This document shows positions 13,775-29,256 of a DNA stretch of 64,000 nt, piece by piece (the first letter of the stretch is position 1; every line of letters starts with the position of its first letter). A model generated the notes under the pieces. It made no database searches, was not told where the DNA came from, and saw nothing but the letters and a program-made list of their open reading frames with translations. Source of the DNA: Octopus vulgaris (Eukaryota); NCBI GenBank assembly GCA_951406725.2, contig OX597815.1, positions 169,260,001 to 169,324,000 of the forward strand, written 5' to 3'. The position numbers and the translations under genes are program-made.

Positions 13775-16700
13775 CTGGAGGGAGTAATGAATGAAAACAA
13801 CCGTGAACATCAAAGAACAAAGGATAAATGGTAATACAATAGCAATTAATGTACACCGAAACATCTATTGATAGACTATCAATTTTCTAACTATTAATTA
13901 ATTTATTACTAATTAAGCAATTCATTCAACTGCCACCCTTGTAAGCACTTCAATAACTGATTTCTCACTTGATTGTCCAGAATAGAAATATCTTGAACTT
14001 CAACTTGGCCAACCAACCTAATTTTTTTTCTTTTCAAATTTACTGATAAGCATTTATATCTAAATAAAGTTGTTTCTTCTCAACACAAAGAAGCTTATAT
14101 CATGGCAAGCCATGACTGTGTTGTTAATAGGCTTTCGAATCAACGTTCTTGAATTTAGGTAAATGTGTGTTAAGAAATAATTTCAGCATTGATTTCTTCA
14201 TTATTGTGCAGAACTATAATTTCTTTCATATTGAAATGTCACCAGTACATTGTCATTACTAATACAGATATAATAGATATTTTACCTTCATTAGCCAAAG
14301 TACGAAGATAACAGTCACATTTATATAACTCGTATAAATCATTATTGTAATAGCTATATATTAAGAGTGATGTACTCAGAGTGGAAAAAAAAAGAAGCAT
14401 AAACTACCCTAATCTTTGTATTGAATCATCTAACCTGCTAGAAATAGTAGCCAAGTCTCTCTAAAATTACATCCTATTATGTTAAAAGCGGATATCAAAC
14501 TTGGCAAAAATTGAGGTGGGTCCCAGACATTATTCCATAGATTTCTTTCTTAGGCACAAGATCTTGGTTTGATAGGAAATAGAAAAAGAGTATGTAATCT
14601 TTGTAACTTTATCAAAGATATTAGCCACATACAGAAACAGAATTAAATAAAATCACTTAACACAGTAGAATTGGAGCAAAAGAGATTATTTTCAGTATTT
14701 AGGTTTAATCTCAATCTTAAACTGAAAAGTCAAAAATAGGTTCTAACAAGACGAAAACATGGATATACAAGAAAAGAGATCTGTCAAAAATTAAATCCAA
14801 CATTCTCAGCAAGAATAGCAGATTGCTTACATTTTACCATCTAATCAAAACTAACAAATGTGGATCTGATTAAAAAAAAGTCAGGCCCACTGTATTAAGT
14901 ATTGAACTGTTCATGTTCAACAGTACCCCAACAAGGTTACAGTCTAATGACTGAAACAAGTAAATGATATCCAGGATTCTTAGACACTTTCTGTAGATCT
15001 TTCCATGACATGCTGATAGCACTGAGAATAAAATCACTAGATTGCATAAACTAGAGAATTTTTAGTATGTGTAAGCAGTTATGCTTTCACTCTGGGTGTA
15101 ATTTTATTCTCTGGCTTACATTTGCACCAGCTCAACTTGCTGTAAGCATCCTGGTGGACCACTTCTCGTCCAGTAACAAATACTCTACTAATTTAAGTAG
15201 TGAGATACAAGCCCAATAATTTCTCAGAGAACTCTAATAAATTATTTCTCGTTCAGGAAAAGGGACTGTGTCATTAGACACTAAGACAGTCCATGCTGTA
15301 AGCATGAAAAATATTCTATGTCAGATATTCAGCAATTGTTATCTGAAATTGTGAACAATACTTATGTTGTTACAATGTACATGAGAGATTATGATGGGTT
15401 TGAACCTATTTAGGCTGCTGGTAATCTCCTATGAACAAACAAGGGTGCAAAATATTGCACTGTTTTTATGAAATATTTTATTATTTTACTGAGCATGGTA
15501 AGCTGGCAGAATCAGTGGAGCATTGGACAAAATGCCTTGTTTGTTCTGGCTCTTTACATTCTGAGTTCAAATACCGCCAAGGTTAAATTTGCTTTTCATC
15601 CCTCCAAGATTGATGAAATAAAGTATCAGTCGAATACTTGGGGGTGAAGAAATAAACTAAGCTCCCCTCCCACTTCAAAAATTGGTCTATATTAGAAACA
15701 ATTAGTTTACTGCAACTATTTTTGGGAACTACTTTGACAGTGATGGTGAGGAGCTGTTTCACAGAGGTATTTGTTTCATCAACCCCTATTTATTTAACAA
15801 ATAAGTTACAGAGCAAAATGGTACAATATAAATACAACACCAGTTTATAAGAGATATATATGCATGATGATATTCGTATGCTAAGATATTCTTACAAAAC
15901 AAGTAGGAAATATTTTCAAAGTCATTGCTATTCCTTTTGTAACCCCCCTGTTTCCCACTAAAAATAATGAAAATAACAGATAAACATATTCATCAACTTC
16001 TACAGAATGGTTTGTTAATTTGTTTCAAATTAGCTTTGTCAACCAGTGCCAAATTCTTATATACTAACAAAATCAATAATCGAAAATGAATGTAATAAAG
16101 TGGAAAACATGATTGATATTAAGCAGTTTTATATCATGAGACAAAATGGACACCATGAAGCCTTTATTAGAACATGGTTAAAAAATGAATGAAAAATAGG
16201 ATAAAATTATTATACTTCATTGGATCAACAGCTATGAGCTTAAGTGAATCTGCAAATAATGTGATTAGATTTGCTGTGTGGAAAGAAAGGTTGAATATAC
16301 AGCCCTTTCATTTCAGACTAAGAAGTTACCCCATCTCTCAAATGGTCTATCTACAAAGGTTAAACTGGCCACTTGGAAATGCTAACAAATGCCTTAGAAA
16401 TTACATAGAGTACTGTATTAAAAAGAATAAAATGCTTTATATAAGTAGTTGTATAAGAATATGACAACCTTATCTCAGCAGTTGCCAGAATACAGAATTT
16501 ACAATATAAAGGCCTTTGATAGAATCAGTGGTAACTAAAGAATTAACAGAAGTGATTCTTATTACACATCTGCAAATGCAGATTGATAAATCACTATGAG
16601 GTCCTTGATAATTAATAGTTTATTTCATGATTTGAATATCACAGTTCACACATCCATTCTGCAATGTATATCTCTGCACTTGCCACTACTATTTTCCTCT

Positions 16701-19700
16701 AGTTCGCAGTCTTACTTTTCATTTCAAACATTTCAGTATCTAATTAGAGCCAATTAAAACTGAAATATTGGATAAATTATTTCTTCTTCAATTTTACATT
16801 AAGTGGTTTTAATTACCTTCCTATTGCTATCTTGAAATGACAATGCTTCATTCAAGTAAATGACAAAGTTCTATTAGCAAATATAATAATAAGCATGAAG
16901 TGTTCCAGCTCAGAATACCATCTGCTTAATACTTATTGACTGGCAATTTCTGTCAGCAAGATATCTAGATAACATGCTTCCACCTAAAATTTATCTGGCA
17001 ACAGAAGTATCATCTTGATCATTATGTTGTGTGATAAGATGATGTTAATGATTAATGAAAGACAATCAATTTAATGTAGCACACTAAGAGACTAGTTATA
17101 TGCTATATAATGAGTTCTATCACACACACACAAAAAGTACAAGTCCACTAAGCCAAAGTGGCCTTTATCATATTGATACTTAACTGCAGTTTCTTAGCAT
17201 GGACAGGAGAAATAAATAGGATTGGATAGAACACTGGTTTGTTTTGGGTAACACCCCTCAACAATCTGCTCTCTGTTCTCAAATGCACAGTAAAGCACCT
17301 GCAGCAAATTTGAACTCAAGACCTTTGAGATGACAGTTTAATTATTTTTCATAACATTTGGTCATTTTTAATAAATATAAAAACAAAAGAAATTTCATAA
17401 CAAATTGCATACATTTAGATATCCATGACAACACGAGCAAATTAGTCAATTTTGCTTGATGTATCTTTGAAATAGTTTAAAATAGTTTAAATTAGTCATT
17501 TATTCTTTCTTTTAGAGCTCTATGAAGTTTCCAGGATTAAATAATTCCTGGCAATTTACACAGATTTCTAATCAAAAGTTTTCTGAATCTATTTCAATAC
17601 TGACTAGAATATGTTCTATTAATAGCTGGTGCAAAATCTATTTATATATACGTGCTCATTATTTGATTTCTAGTTGATCGCTTTCCTGTACAGAGGAAAC
17701 AAAACAATGTTTTAATAGATTATATTGGACATTATTAATCCACAACTAATTTTACATTTTCCACCTAGTTACCTGTTTTGAAAGCAGATTCTCTGTTCTA
17801 GCTTAGACAAGAAGAATTTATAATGTGGTGGAAAAAATACAATCAACTAATTTCCTTCATATATTTTAAATATAAATATTGCACATATTACTTAACCGAT
17901 CAAGACTATTAGCTTGCATTACTTCACTAATATTTAATGTAGACTATTTTAAAAATGCCTACAGATTACTCTCACAACTGTAGCCATTTTACTAGTATCG
18001 GTCATAAGATATAGTGTTAGTTATAGGATAAGCATATACTTAACTAAAATGTTATTAACTTTACTATAATGAAGCGGAAGCATTTAACATTGGTTACATC
18101 CATGACTTATTACCTTCTTCCAATTTCCTTCATTCATGTTCTTTTATGCCTGGTTAGTCTTTCAATGAAGATAACATGAAATAGAAATCTTGCTATTTAA
18201 CATATGTTAATAGTAGTACTTTCATGTAACTTTTTTTTTTTTTTCTAGTTGTCACTGAAAGCCGCCTTCTGCACCACACTCATACACAGACAGACAGACA
18301 CACACGCACACTTGACATTCTGCTTTATTCTTATTGTTAACCTAAATACTTCACTCTTTTTATCCTACTTCTTTAATACAGTCAGGAATTTTGCCTGTTC
18401 AACTTTCTAGATACATAGCCAGAATTATATGGAGCCTCTAAGTTTTTTGCTTTTTTTTGCCTAAACTCTCAAGTTCTTCCTTGTTTACTTCAGTATTCCA
18501 CTGTTCACATGCTGTGCCCTTCACTTCTACACACTGAGCCAACAGGGAACACTCAACATTATTAACTGATGTCTACCATCTTTTGAGGGTATAGACACTT
18601 CTGATGTAAATACCTTTATGTTTTAGAAGGTCTCTCTCTCTTTTCACATGTTCATACATCAGTCAACTTCACAACAAAGACTACTAGAGTGCACTAAGGA
18701 TGACAGGTATGCTCTTTAATGAATAAAAGGATTGTAAACATTGAAATAAATGCACAAGCTATTAGTCTACATGGGCTTAACTGGAGTTAAGGATAAATGA
18801 ACCCATCTTTTTAGAATAATTAGTCTTCAAGATTCTTGTACATAAACACATCTGTGGTCAACACTACATGGACATAAACACATTTGTTGTTAACCCAACA
18901 TAAACATTTGTCACCACTAAATAAATACATTAATAGTATGATCTATATAGATAGTAAATTTGCAGTCAGTTCTTATATACAATTATAGTTAACCCTACAT
19001 AGACACATACATTCATGGTCAATCCAATATAGACATATAAAAACATTTTTTAATGTTCAATACTACATTGACACTAACGTCAATAGTAACCCTACAGAAA
19101 AGCATACATTTTTGGTTAACCATATATAGAAACATGTGGAGCTGTTTGGCTTAGTGGTTAGAGTGCTGGACTCATAATCATATGATTGTAGTTTCAATTC
19201 CTGGATTGGGTGATGTGATGTGTCCTTGAGCAAACCACTCCACAACACTCTAGCCACTGAGCTATGCACTTTCATCTACATAGATGCATACATTTATGGT
19301 CAACTCTACATGGAAACATACAATTATGGAAAATCCTATATAGATACAAACATGAATGATCAGCTGTACAGACACAATTACATTTGTAGCCAACATTGGA
19401 TATCCCCATCACATTTATACCACTGCTTTATTATTTGAATTACTTCTTGCTGAAATAAAAACATCACTAGTTTCCTCAGATCTTACTATTTTCCAACACA
19501 AGTTTATGTTCATTTCCTATACAGCCACATTTATCGACACACACACACACATATATATATATATAAACACTTACTGTAAACAACATAAGAGTATGTGGCA
19601 TTCCATTAAACAATAAGTTAAAAAATATACAATAAATGCACAAACAAACAGAAAACAGACATAGAAGGTCACCAAATCCTCATCAGATATTGGTCGGTGG

Positions 19701-22409
19701 GTCAGGCACAAAAATGCAATTGACCCTCTTTATTATATGCTTTTTAACTTATAAATGCATATTTACATAGTTGATGGCACAACCATACGACACCCTTTCT
19801 AGGAGGTATGGGTTGAAGCTTGGAAGAAGCTTTGACCATTTTTACTAACTAGAGAAAGTTATATATATATATATATATGAATGAAATAATTCAATTTTGG
19901 AATTGGGTCTTGAAGTACAAATGTTATAAATAATGGCAAGTAAATAATAGGTTGCAAAACACTTTCGGACAGAAAAAACAGACTTAGATAGTTTCCAATG
20001 TGTATGTACAACTAATAGCAATAGTACAGGCAATAATATAAGACAAAAAGAAAATACTGAGAGAGTACTGAATAGTTAGAATAATTGGACAAGAGACATA
20101 AAAGTCATTAGATCAGATAGTACCAATGGATTATTTATTTAGGAAAGGAATACTACTAATAGTAAACTGTGAATATGAAAACCATTTATGCTTTAGTTGG
20201 ACCTTTTTGAACCCCAAATATAAACAAATATCAAGCGTGTACACATTCAGTAAATGGAATGTATCCATCCTTGAGTAATTAATATCTCAGACAATTTCAG
20301 CATGTGCAGTGAAGTTTTCTGTTAGACAAATCCATAGGATGTCTGAAGTATAGGTCATGCTCAGCATTTGTTGACTATTTCCATGCCATTGCACTGTTCA
20401 ATAACAGCTGACAATGTAACCAAGAATAACAAAATTATAAAATGTAATGAAATTATCTGATAGTGACAGCTGTATCTTTCAATCTGGTAACAAGAATAAA
20501 TTGATTCTAAAAACTCCAAATAATTTAAAACAAAAGACAGAAAAAAAGCAATATATGCCAATGAGAATTTAAACAGTCTTTGATAGGCTTTTATAACAAA
20601 ACCCAGAATTATGCAGTCATGGAACTTTCATGTACCGGAGAGGCAGCAAGATTATGTTACATTAATATTTTCATAGTTGTTGCTTAATGAGAATATAGAC
20701 GAGTAATGGGGGTTCAGTAGTTTGTAATAGTGACTAACTTTAACTTTTAAATAATCCAGCCCACCTAGCTGAAAATAGTAACTGTAGGGTAAGAACAATT
20801 TGCAACTGTAAGCAATGGTAGTCCTATACAACTGACATGTGGATTATTAGCTTGCAGAATTGAGCTCAGCACTTCTTGTGTGAGATACCATTTCAATGTC
20901 TAGCCTCAAACATCACCTTTCTTATGAGAGGAGGTAGACTATGATCCTGATTAATGAATATATTTGACACCCTAAATCTAAAGCACTCCAACACTTTTCA
21001 AAATCACTTTTAGAAATGGGGAAACCAAGAAGTTACTTACATAACAAAAAATAAATAAATAAATAAAAAAGGGTAAACCAAATCTCCCTCATATCAACAC
21101 ATCACACCTTACCATCTTAAAAAAAAGGTTCCAGTGGATTAATGTAGTCCTTGATACATTGAGTCAAAAAGGAAAAAACGATAGAGTGCTTTTGATTATA
21201 AATTTACCCAACCAGGGCTGATCTGGAGGTAAACAACACCATTTTAACAACTCTTGAGGAAATACTGCTGCCAGTTGTATTTGTAGTTACCCATCTTTTG
21301 GACTACACCATCATTACAGAGAAAGAATCTGCAACATAGGCAGTAACCAATCCTTTATAGCACCCTATCATCATAATCATCATCCTTTAATGTCCATTTT
21401 CCATGATAGCATGGGTTGGATGGTTTGACCAGAGCTGGCAAGCTGGAGAGCTACACCAGGTTCTTGTCTGATCTGGCTTGGTTTCTACAGCCAGATGCCC
21501 TTCCTAACACCAACTACTGAACAGTGTATGCTGGGTGCTTTTAATGTGGCACTGGTACATGACTCTTGCAGGCTAATCCTCTTCACCAGAGAGAGTGGCC
21601 TTAATACTTCTGCTGTGGAGGATGGGTGGTCTTGTAGAGTAGACCAATTCATAATCTGTGTCCATATGGACTAAAAAGTCATTTTAACTATGAAAAAATG
21701 TATATATAGCCCGGCAGAGCATGAGAATATTGTTTTAGACAGATTAACAGTTATGCTATATTATAATAACCTCTATATTATATAAATGAGGAAGGTGGTG
21801 AGCTGGCAGAATCTCTATGTTCTGAGTTCAAACCCCACCAAAGTTGATTTTACCTTTCATCTTTTCAGGGTTGATAAAATAAATATCAGTTGAGCACCGG
21901 AATTGATGTAATTGGTTAGCCCCTTTCCCTAAAATCCCAATCCTTGTGCCTACAGTAGGAAATCTTTTTAATATTTAAACCTCATATATTTTAATGACAT
22001 TGTGCTATTAATTGCATATCAGGTACTCAACCATTTTGCTTTCTTTTCTTTCCTATTTTGTGTGTGCAATGTGGTATGATGTCAAAGTATTTCACTGAGT
22101 TGGTGGGGATATGACATGGTATGCTGAGGGCAGCAAGTACATTGTTTGTAAAGAAGCGGTGACAACAATCTTCAGAGTACCCTTTTTTCTCTGTGTTCAT
22201 AGAAATAATTTTCTAGGCCAAAGTTTACATGTTGCCGAATCTAATTAGCATTGTGTAGGAGTGGAAGTATAATATCTTTGTGTAGACACAATGTCGTTTA
22301 GCCCCAGTTCTGCACTAATTGATGAGATGTATATATCAAAAGTATTTTACCTGTAACCAACCTGTTTTTTTTTTGTATATTAAAGACTACACTATATTGG
22401 CTAATTATA

Positions 22410-22640
22410 GGCGGCGAGCTGGCAGAAATGTTGGCACACCGGCCGAAATGCGTAGCCGTATTTCATCTGCCATTACGTTCTGAGTTCAAATTCCGCCGAG
22501 GTCGACTTTGCCTTTCATCCTTTCGGGGTCGATAAATTAAGTACCAGTTACGCACTGGGGTCAATAGAATCGACTTAATCCGTTTGTCTGTCCTTGTTTG
22601 TCCCCTCTGTGTTTAGCCCCTTGTGGGTAGTAAAGAAATA
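22410..22640 (+). mobile_element. tRNA-derived SINE type A (Meta-like core), full length with TSD
   Basis: GGCGGCGAGCTGGCAGAA (A box)...GAGTTCAAATTC (B box)...GCCTTTCATCCTTTCGGGGTCGATAAATTAAGTACCAG. TSD TATATTGGCTAAT at 22393-22405 and 22641-22653. The core-domain name is from memory. Confidence 0.9.
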
Positions 22641-23150
22641 TATATTGGCTAATGTGTCCTTTTTTTTTTAAATAGTAGTGGTGATTTGAGGAAATCTGGT
22701 TGCTATTTCTAGCAAGTCAAGTGAATACATATGAATCCCTTCACTGGCTTATAATGATATATGTGTATTACACACACACACACAAGCAGAATATTGAGTC
22801 ATCATGTACGTGAAAATCAGAAATAGTTGGAATTTGAAAATATAATCATGGAATGTTTATGAAAAATATTGAGGTGCAGCAGGATTGACTGCTTGCTTAT
22901 ACAGGCTTGGCATCTAGAAAGGTAGTTGTAGAAAAGCAAAGGTATATATCTGGTAAATCCTAAAGGAATTTTAAGGATTGGTGTTCAGGTCTAGTTTCAT
23001 GGCATGGAAGGAGCCGAGAGGGAACTCTTTATTTGGATAGAGTACTAGTCCTTGATTTACTAGTGCTTATGATGGTTAGACCGAATGTGTCTGAGAGTAG
23101 GGGAGGAGAAAAGCTAATACTTTTTCCCTACACTGATTACTACTACTGTC

Positions 23151-23452
23151 ATTTATTTATGCACCCTTTTCAAGCCTAGCCAGGCTCATGGGCCTGGTTT
23201 CCTGGTTTTTGTGGCGTATATGCCCCCCCCCCCCCAGTCCATCACAGCGTTACTCAAGAAACAGGAAGAAAGAGTGAGAGAAAGTTGGGGTGAAAGAGTA
23301 CAACAAGGATCGCCCCCCACCCCTGCTGGAGCCTTGTGGAGCTTTAGGTGTTTATGCTCAATAAACACACACACAACATCCGGTCTGGGAATCAAAACCA
23401 TGATCCTCCAACTGTGAGTCTGCTGCCCTAACCACTGGACCATTGCACCTCC
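23151..23452 (-). mobile_element. SINE type C with TSD
   Basis: Reverse-complement relative of 32815-33116; direct repeat ACTACTACTGTC on both sides. Confidence 0.82.
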
Positions 23453-23569
23453 ACTACTACTGTCTAGTTTTTAAATATGTTCTGCCATTAGTTCTTTTCT
23501 TACAAGGTCTTCAAACCCACTTAGATACATCATAGTCATTTTATGACTATTTTTTTCTTAACCATGCAT

Positions 23570-24010
23570 TCATGGTTATGAAGAAAGAAGATTGCTTCCT
23601 CACAGTGTGGTCTTGGATCTGGTCCCATGGTATGACACCTTGGGTAAGTGTCTTCTACTATAGTTCTCAGGCAAATGAAGTCTTGTGAATGGATTTGCTA
23701 GACAGAAACTGCAAAGAAGTTTGTCTTATATATGTGTGCACATGTGTGTGTGTGTGTGTGTGTGTGTACATGTATGTGTTTGTGCATACTAGTATTTTAG
23801 ACATCACAAAATGGCTGTAAATGAGCATCAATCTCAAACAAGTGAGGTTGTTTGTTTCCCATAGTCAATTAAAAATATGTCTAGCCATGGGAAAACCATA
23901 TTTGGAGACAAGTGAGGGTTAGTGACAGAATAGGCATCCAGCCACAGGAAAATCTGCCTCAACAAATTCCATCAGACATGTATGAGCATGGAAAAGTGGA
24001 CAAATGATGA
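23570..24010 (+). mobile_element. SINE type B head with the alternative RTE-like tail (tail 2), old copy
   Basis: Same head and CORE-like segment, (GT)n, then ...GAGGGTTAGTGACAG..GGCATCCAGCC...AGCATGGAAAAGTGGAC. Similar at 1030-1450, 4585-4990, 45178-45575. Confidence 0.7.
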
Positions 24011-27000
24011 GGATTTTCCATGTTGGTATGTGTTAAGTGGGTTTTCTGCAGTAGTGTTTTATGGTTTGACGCCTTTTCTGTTGCCAAGCCTTATGATATG
24101 CAGAGATGTGGCTACCTATTTTAAAATCAAAATCTCTGTAGTCACAATAAAACACAAATGATTAAATTCCTAAACACATTTTCTCATCTGAACACAATTT
24201 TCTCTGTAGATTCACTTCACATCACCTCCATTACACACAAAGTCCTCATTCAATATATTATTTTTAAAAATCAATTCAAAATGTCTAACAGGTTCATCCT
24301 TCCAGAGTTGTTTAGATAAGTGCTTGACATATATCAGGGTTAATTTGATTTAATATAACTCGCCTCTCCTACAAATTAGAGAATCTGAATCAGTATAAGA
24401 AATCATTATTTTGACCTATATAACTTATTAGGCACAGAGTTATTATCTGAAATGATGATGGTATATTTTGTGATTTTGAAAGTTAACTCCCTAATCTATT
24501 TTTCAAATATGTTTCCATATAAACTCCTAACACAACTTCTAAATCTCAGTTGAGTAGAACTGCTATGAAGCCAATAAATAATGTTAAATCTAATCATTAT
24601 AACAATTAAAATAAAACAACAACATCCAATGATGTTGAATTATAACCTGGAGTTTGTATTTACATCTATAAAACACAATCTGTCTTACTGAATGCTATCT
24701 GGAAAAAAATATCAAATTTAAAGTTATGAAAAAATTCTAAAGAATAATCTCTGTATTTGCTAAAGCATTGCTTCTTTCTCTTTATAAGTAAGAATAAGAG
24801 TTTATCACTTGCTAATTCAAAACCATATTATAGCTATAAACTGCGAAATTAATTTTATGTTTCAATGTAATATTTTTTGCTTTCTGTAGAAAGAGAGTTA
24901 ATAATATACACCTCAACTGACTACAGTAACAGAAGAAGATAAATATACTTCAGGAATAATGTGTCTAAAAATCTCATAAATACTACAAAATGCAGTAAGA
25001 TACAACAAATGATAAATACAAATCAATAAATGTCTCTTATATTATTTTAGTTCTGCTTTTAGTAAGCAATGTAATGTAGGTAGTACAAATGATGACATGA
25101 TAACTTTTTTTCATTGGTAACAGAAGGGAGCTACTACTATACAAAACTTAGTCTATTGTTTAGTTTGTGTCAAAATAACTCGATTCTCAATGAAATGTAA
25201 ATATACTTTATTTTTTTTTTAGATGGGGGGGGGGGCTGAGAAAAATTTTACGCAGAAAATTATTATTAAATAAAAGCTATGGGACTTATATTTTGAAATA
25301 AGTACCAAAATATTTGGTAGGTTTCAATAAAAATAATTATCCAACCAACAGTTCATTTGATGGGTGCTGTATTTTATTCTCTAAAAACACCAACAAAAAA
25401 CCTCTTTAAATCTAAAGCCTGCTGATAAAATAGAATATTAGCTTCATAAGAATGGAATTCAAAAGTAGAAAATAAAATGATGAGACATTGAAAGGCTGAA
25501 AACTGCTTTGAGAATACTAAAATACATGTAATTAAAAATATACCAGACTCTCAACTAATTTGTATCAGTAGTTAGCTATAAAAGGAAAATGTAACAAAAT
25601 AAAGCAATAAAGTTATATATATAACTATATATGTATCACATATGTAAAAACAAAAAGCAAACTCTTACATGAAAGACTGAAATGCCATCAGAAACGGCAA
25701 AATATCAACTCATTTCTAGGAGACATCAGGTAAAATCCCAACTGACAACTTTATTATTATTACTATTCAGTTCCATTTAAAATATGAAATATTTCAAACT
25801 TTGGCAGACCTGAGATTATCTTTAATATATATATTAAAGACAAATGACAACCTTTGCTTTATGGCCACGCTTATCATAGATAAAGCTGAGCAGAGGATTC
25901 CTACAACAATAACCTGCACCGATGGATACAATGAAATAGTTATCGCTATGACATAAGTTAAACCTAAAATATTTAATGCTTCTGGTTACTCGTTGACATT
26001 AATAGAAGTTGTTCATGATTTGAAAATTTCACTGTCATCAGTATTTCTAGATTCTTGTCTTAAATCCTAGCTATCTTAATACAGTTCTAACAGGCCAATA
26101 TCACTTTGTACTAATCTGGTTTGTCATGAGAAATTCTCTAATCCTGATCACAGACAAACTGAAAAGTATAAAAAAAAAAAGAAAAAAGAAAAAAAAATCA
26201 CTTTCTTAATATCTTATCTAACCTTAATGAATAACTAGAATGCACTAATTCATTCCATATCAGTATAGAGTGGAAAGGTTTTTATTTTTTTTTTTTGTAT
26301 ATTTTGTAAATCTAGTTATCTTTCACAAGGCATACAAAATTAATGGACAGAATTCACTGAACATGGCCTTTGGAAAATGATTACAGAAAACAACCGTACC
26401 CAGTACTATCTGTAGAGTGGTTGGTATTAGGAAGGGCATCCAGCTACAGAAACCATGCCAAAGAGGACACTGGTGTTTAATACAGCTCTGTAGCTTGCCA
26501 GTTTCCAGTCAAACCGTCCAACACATGCCAGCATGGAAAGCTGACTTAAATGATGATGACACATTTTGTTTACTGACTACAGAAACATTCCACATCAAGT
26601 ATTAACATCCACTTTTCCATGCTTGCTTGGGGGTCAGACAGAATTTCTGGAAGTAGATCCTTTTTCTACAGTTGGATGCTTTACCTGTTGCTGAGTCTCA
26701 CCTGTTTCCATGTAAGATTGGAAATGAAGGACCCTGCTTGCATAACATTGATACTTGCTTACAACTATAAGCAAAGTCAAGGTATGGAGACAGTAACACA
26801 TACACATAATGGGCTTCTTTCCGTTTCTGTCACACCAAATCCTCTCACAAGGCTTTGGCTCAGCCAAGGTTACAGTAGAAGGCATTAGCACAAGGTGCCA
26901 TGTTGTAGGACTGAACCAAAACCATGTAGTTAGGCATGTAGTTTAGGGAACTTCTCTATATTATTAACAGTGCTCAATACAAACAAGATCAATACAAAGT

Positions 27001-27297
27001 GATATGGAATGAAAACAACTTTAATAGATTTAATAATGTGTTGCTGACAAGGAATAAGAGAAAATGCTGATAATCATGGCAAATTTTGCAGATCTGTATG
27101 ATCCCTAATAATGTCAAAGAGTACGAAGAAATACAAAATCATTAACATAAATATAGTGGTTGGAAAAATTACACTGAATGTTAAGGTGGTTAAGTATTAC
27201 ACTACACTCATAGACAATCTTATTGTGTAAAAAGATTAATAAACATTTCAGACATTGAAGAAAAAGGGAAAGCCTGGATGAAAATCATTGTATAGAA

Positions 27298-27370
27298 CAG
27301 CGTTTCTCAACTGGGGTTCCCTGGAACTCTAAGGTTCCACAAAAGGTACCTAGGAGTTCCATGAGAAAGT
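27298..27370 (+). mobile_element. hAT (Charlie-like) transposon end; similar ends at 29058 (mirrored near 29505) and 63575
   Basis: CAGCGTTTCTCAACTGGGGTTCC, CAGTGTTTCTTAACCTTTTT and CAGGGGTTTTCAAAC resemble the CAGtGtTTCTCAAc hAT terminus. Partner TIRs not found. Confidence 0.45.
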
Positions 27371-27562
27371 GAAATAAGCTGATGCCAATTTCACGATTGT
27401 AATATTATCATACATACACAACATATTATTGGTTATTGTAATACAGACTTCATCCTATCTAACCTATTATGTTAACAAAAGAATATAACAACCATTGGGG
27501 ATATATTTAGTCATGTCTGTAATTTATGGACACCATATCTATATCTATATATATATATATGA

Positions 27563-27860
27563 TCACCATCGTTTAACGTCCCCTTTCCATGCTAGCATGG
27601 GTTGGACGATTTGATCGAGGTCTGCCAAACCAGATAGCTGCACCAGACTCCAATCTGATCTGGCAGAGTTTCTACAGTTGGATGCCCTTCCTAACGCCAA
27701 CCACTCTTAAAATGTAGTGGGTGCCACCGGCACGAGGGCCAGTCAAGCAGTACTGGCAACAGCCATGCTCAAATGGTGCTTTTTATGTGCCACCTGCACA
27801 GGAACCAGTCGAGCGGCACTGGTAACGACCTCGTTCGGATGTTTTTTCACGTGCCACTAC
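27563..27860 (-). mobile_element. RTE 3'-tail fragment, ending just before the TA tract that bounds the large palindrome
   Basis: Reverse complement of the 1868-2190 family (CATCGTTTAACGTCC...TTTCCATGCTAGCATGGGTTGGACG...GATGCCCTTCCTAACGCCAACCACTC). Confidence 0.85.
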
Positions 27861-27865
27861 AGCGA

Positions 27866-27928
<63 letters not shown>

Positions 27929-27946
27929 CTATATATATATATATAT

Positions 27947-28838
27947 ACTATTATACTATACACATTGATTACACATTCCAGTACTACATGCACAATGTAC
28001 ATGGGTACTGTCTGTACAATCCCAGCACACAAAGTCATCTCTAGAGCCTTTGTGTGGGCAGTTGATATGCTGGAAACAGCAGCAAATCACATCCCACCAT
28101 GTTAGAAACAGGAAGGACACATTACATAATGTATTTTTAGATATTTGAAAAGATGGGATTGCCATTGCTGGAATGTTTTGATCATGTTTTTGAACTTGGA
28201 GTTGTTGTTTGGCCTAAACTGTGGCCAAACAAGTTCTTGCATTATAAAATGCCTGTCAAGTACTTTTAGTAATTTTGAGGTCAGTTCTGATTAAAAAGAC
28301 CCACAAAGACATTCCAGTATTGACCATCCACTGTGTGTATGTGTATTTCTTTTTCTCCCCTGGCACTGTATATGTGGGACTACATTATCCATAGTGTCCT
28401 CTTTTTGAAGCTGAGGGTGTAATTTGAAGGAGATTTGACTGCTATTTCTAGCAGCTTGAACAACCATTGAGAGACCCTCACATTGTCTCATAAGTCATTA
28501 GTACTTTTAAAAGGAAGCACTTCTTTGGCTGTTTTGTTGTGTGTGTGTGTGTGTTTGCGTGCATGCGTGTGTATTTTCAGCATAATTCATACACCAAACA
28601 CTACAAATTATGTTAATAATACCACTTATTCGTTTTTTAAGGAATTTGCTGACTTTTCTATATTCCATGTGACAAAAATACCCCATTTAGTATTAGCTGC
28701 CTGAAGAGGATGGGGTGAAAAATATGAAAGATATATCTGATATCCCACATTTTTACTATTCTGCTTTCCAGCAGTCTGTTTTCAAACACATTCAGTTTTT
28801 TGGGCTTTTTTTTTATGTTCACTATATATATATATAAA

Positions 28839-28891
<53 letters not shown>

Positions 28892-29256
28892 ATGATGATG
28901 ATTATGATAAAGGCTGTTGACTAAATTATATGTATGAAGACAAATTTCTTCAGTTTTTAAAGTTTACAAGAAATTTAAACTTTACCATTTTAAAAATTTC
29001 TGTAAATATCTAGATCTTGATTATTTGGGCATTTTCCTCTTTCTTTACATTCTATACCAGTGTTTCTTAACCTTTTTACCCTTGTGTAACCCTTAAAATG
29101 ACATGTCTCAAAGAACCCCTGCACACAAAAAAAAATTTCATATCATATCATAAATGGCGGTGCCCCAGCATGGCCACAGCTCGTGAGCTGAAACTAGATA
29201 AAATTAAAAAAAAAAAAAAAAATATCTTACTCATATTTTTTTCATTGTAGTTTCAT

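Noticed and set aside
13523-13856. Overlapping ORFs 13523-13834(+) and 13581-13856(-)
   Set aside because: Antisense and alternative-frame shadows of the real exon.
25669-25716. Exon-like segment with a gtaaga donor on the minus strand
   Set aside because: Stops in all three frames and a weak acceptor; not distinguishable from background.
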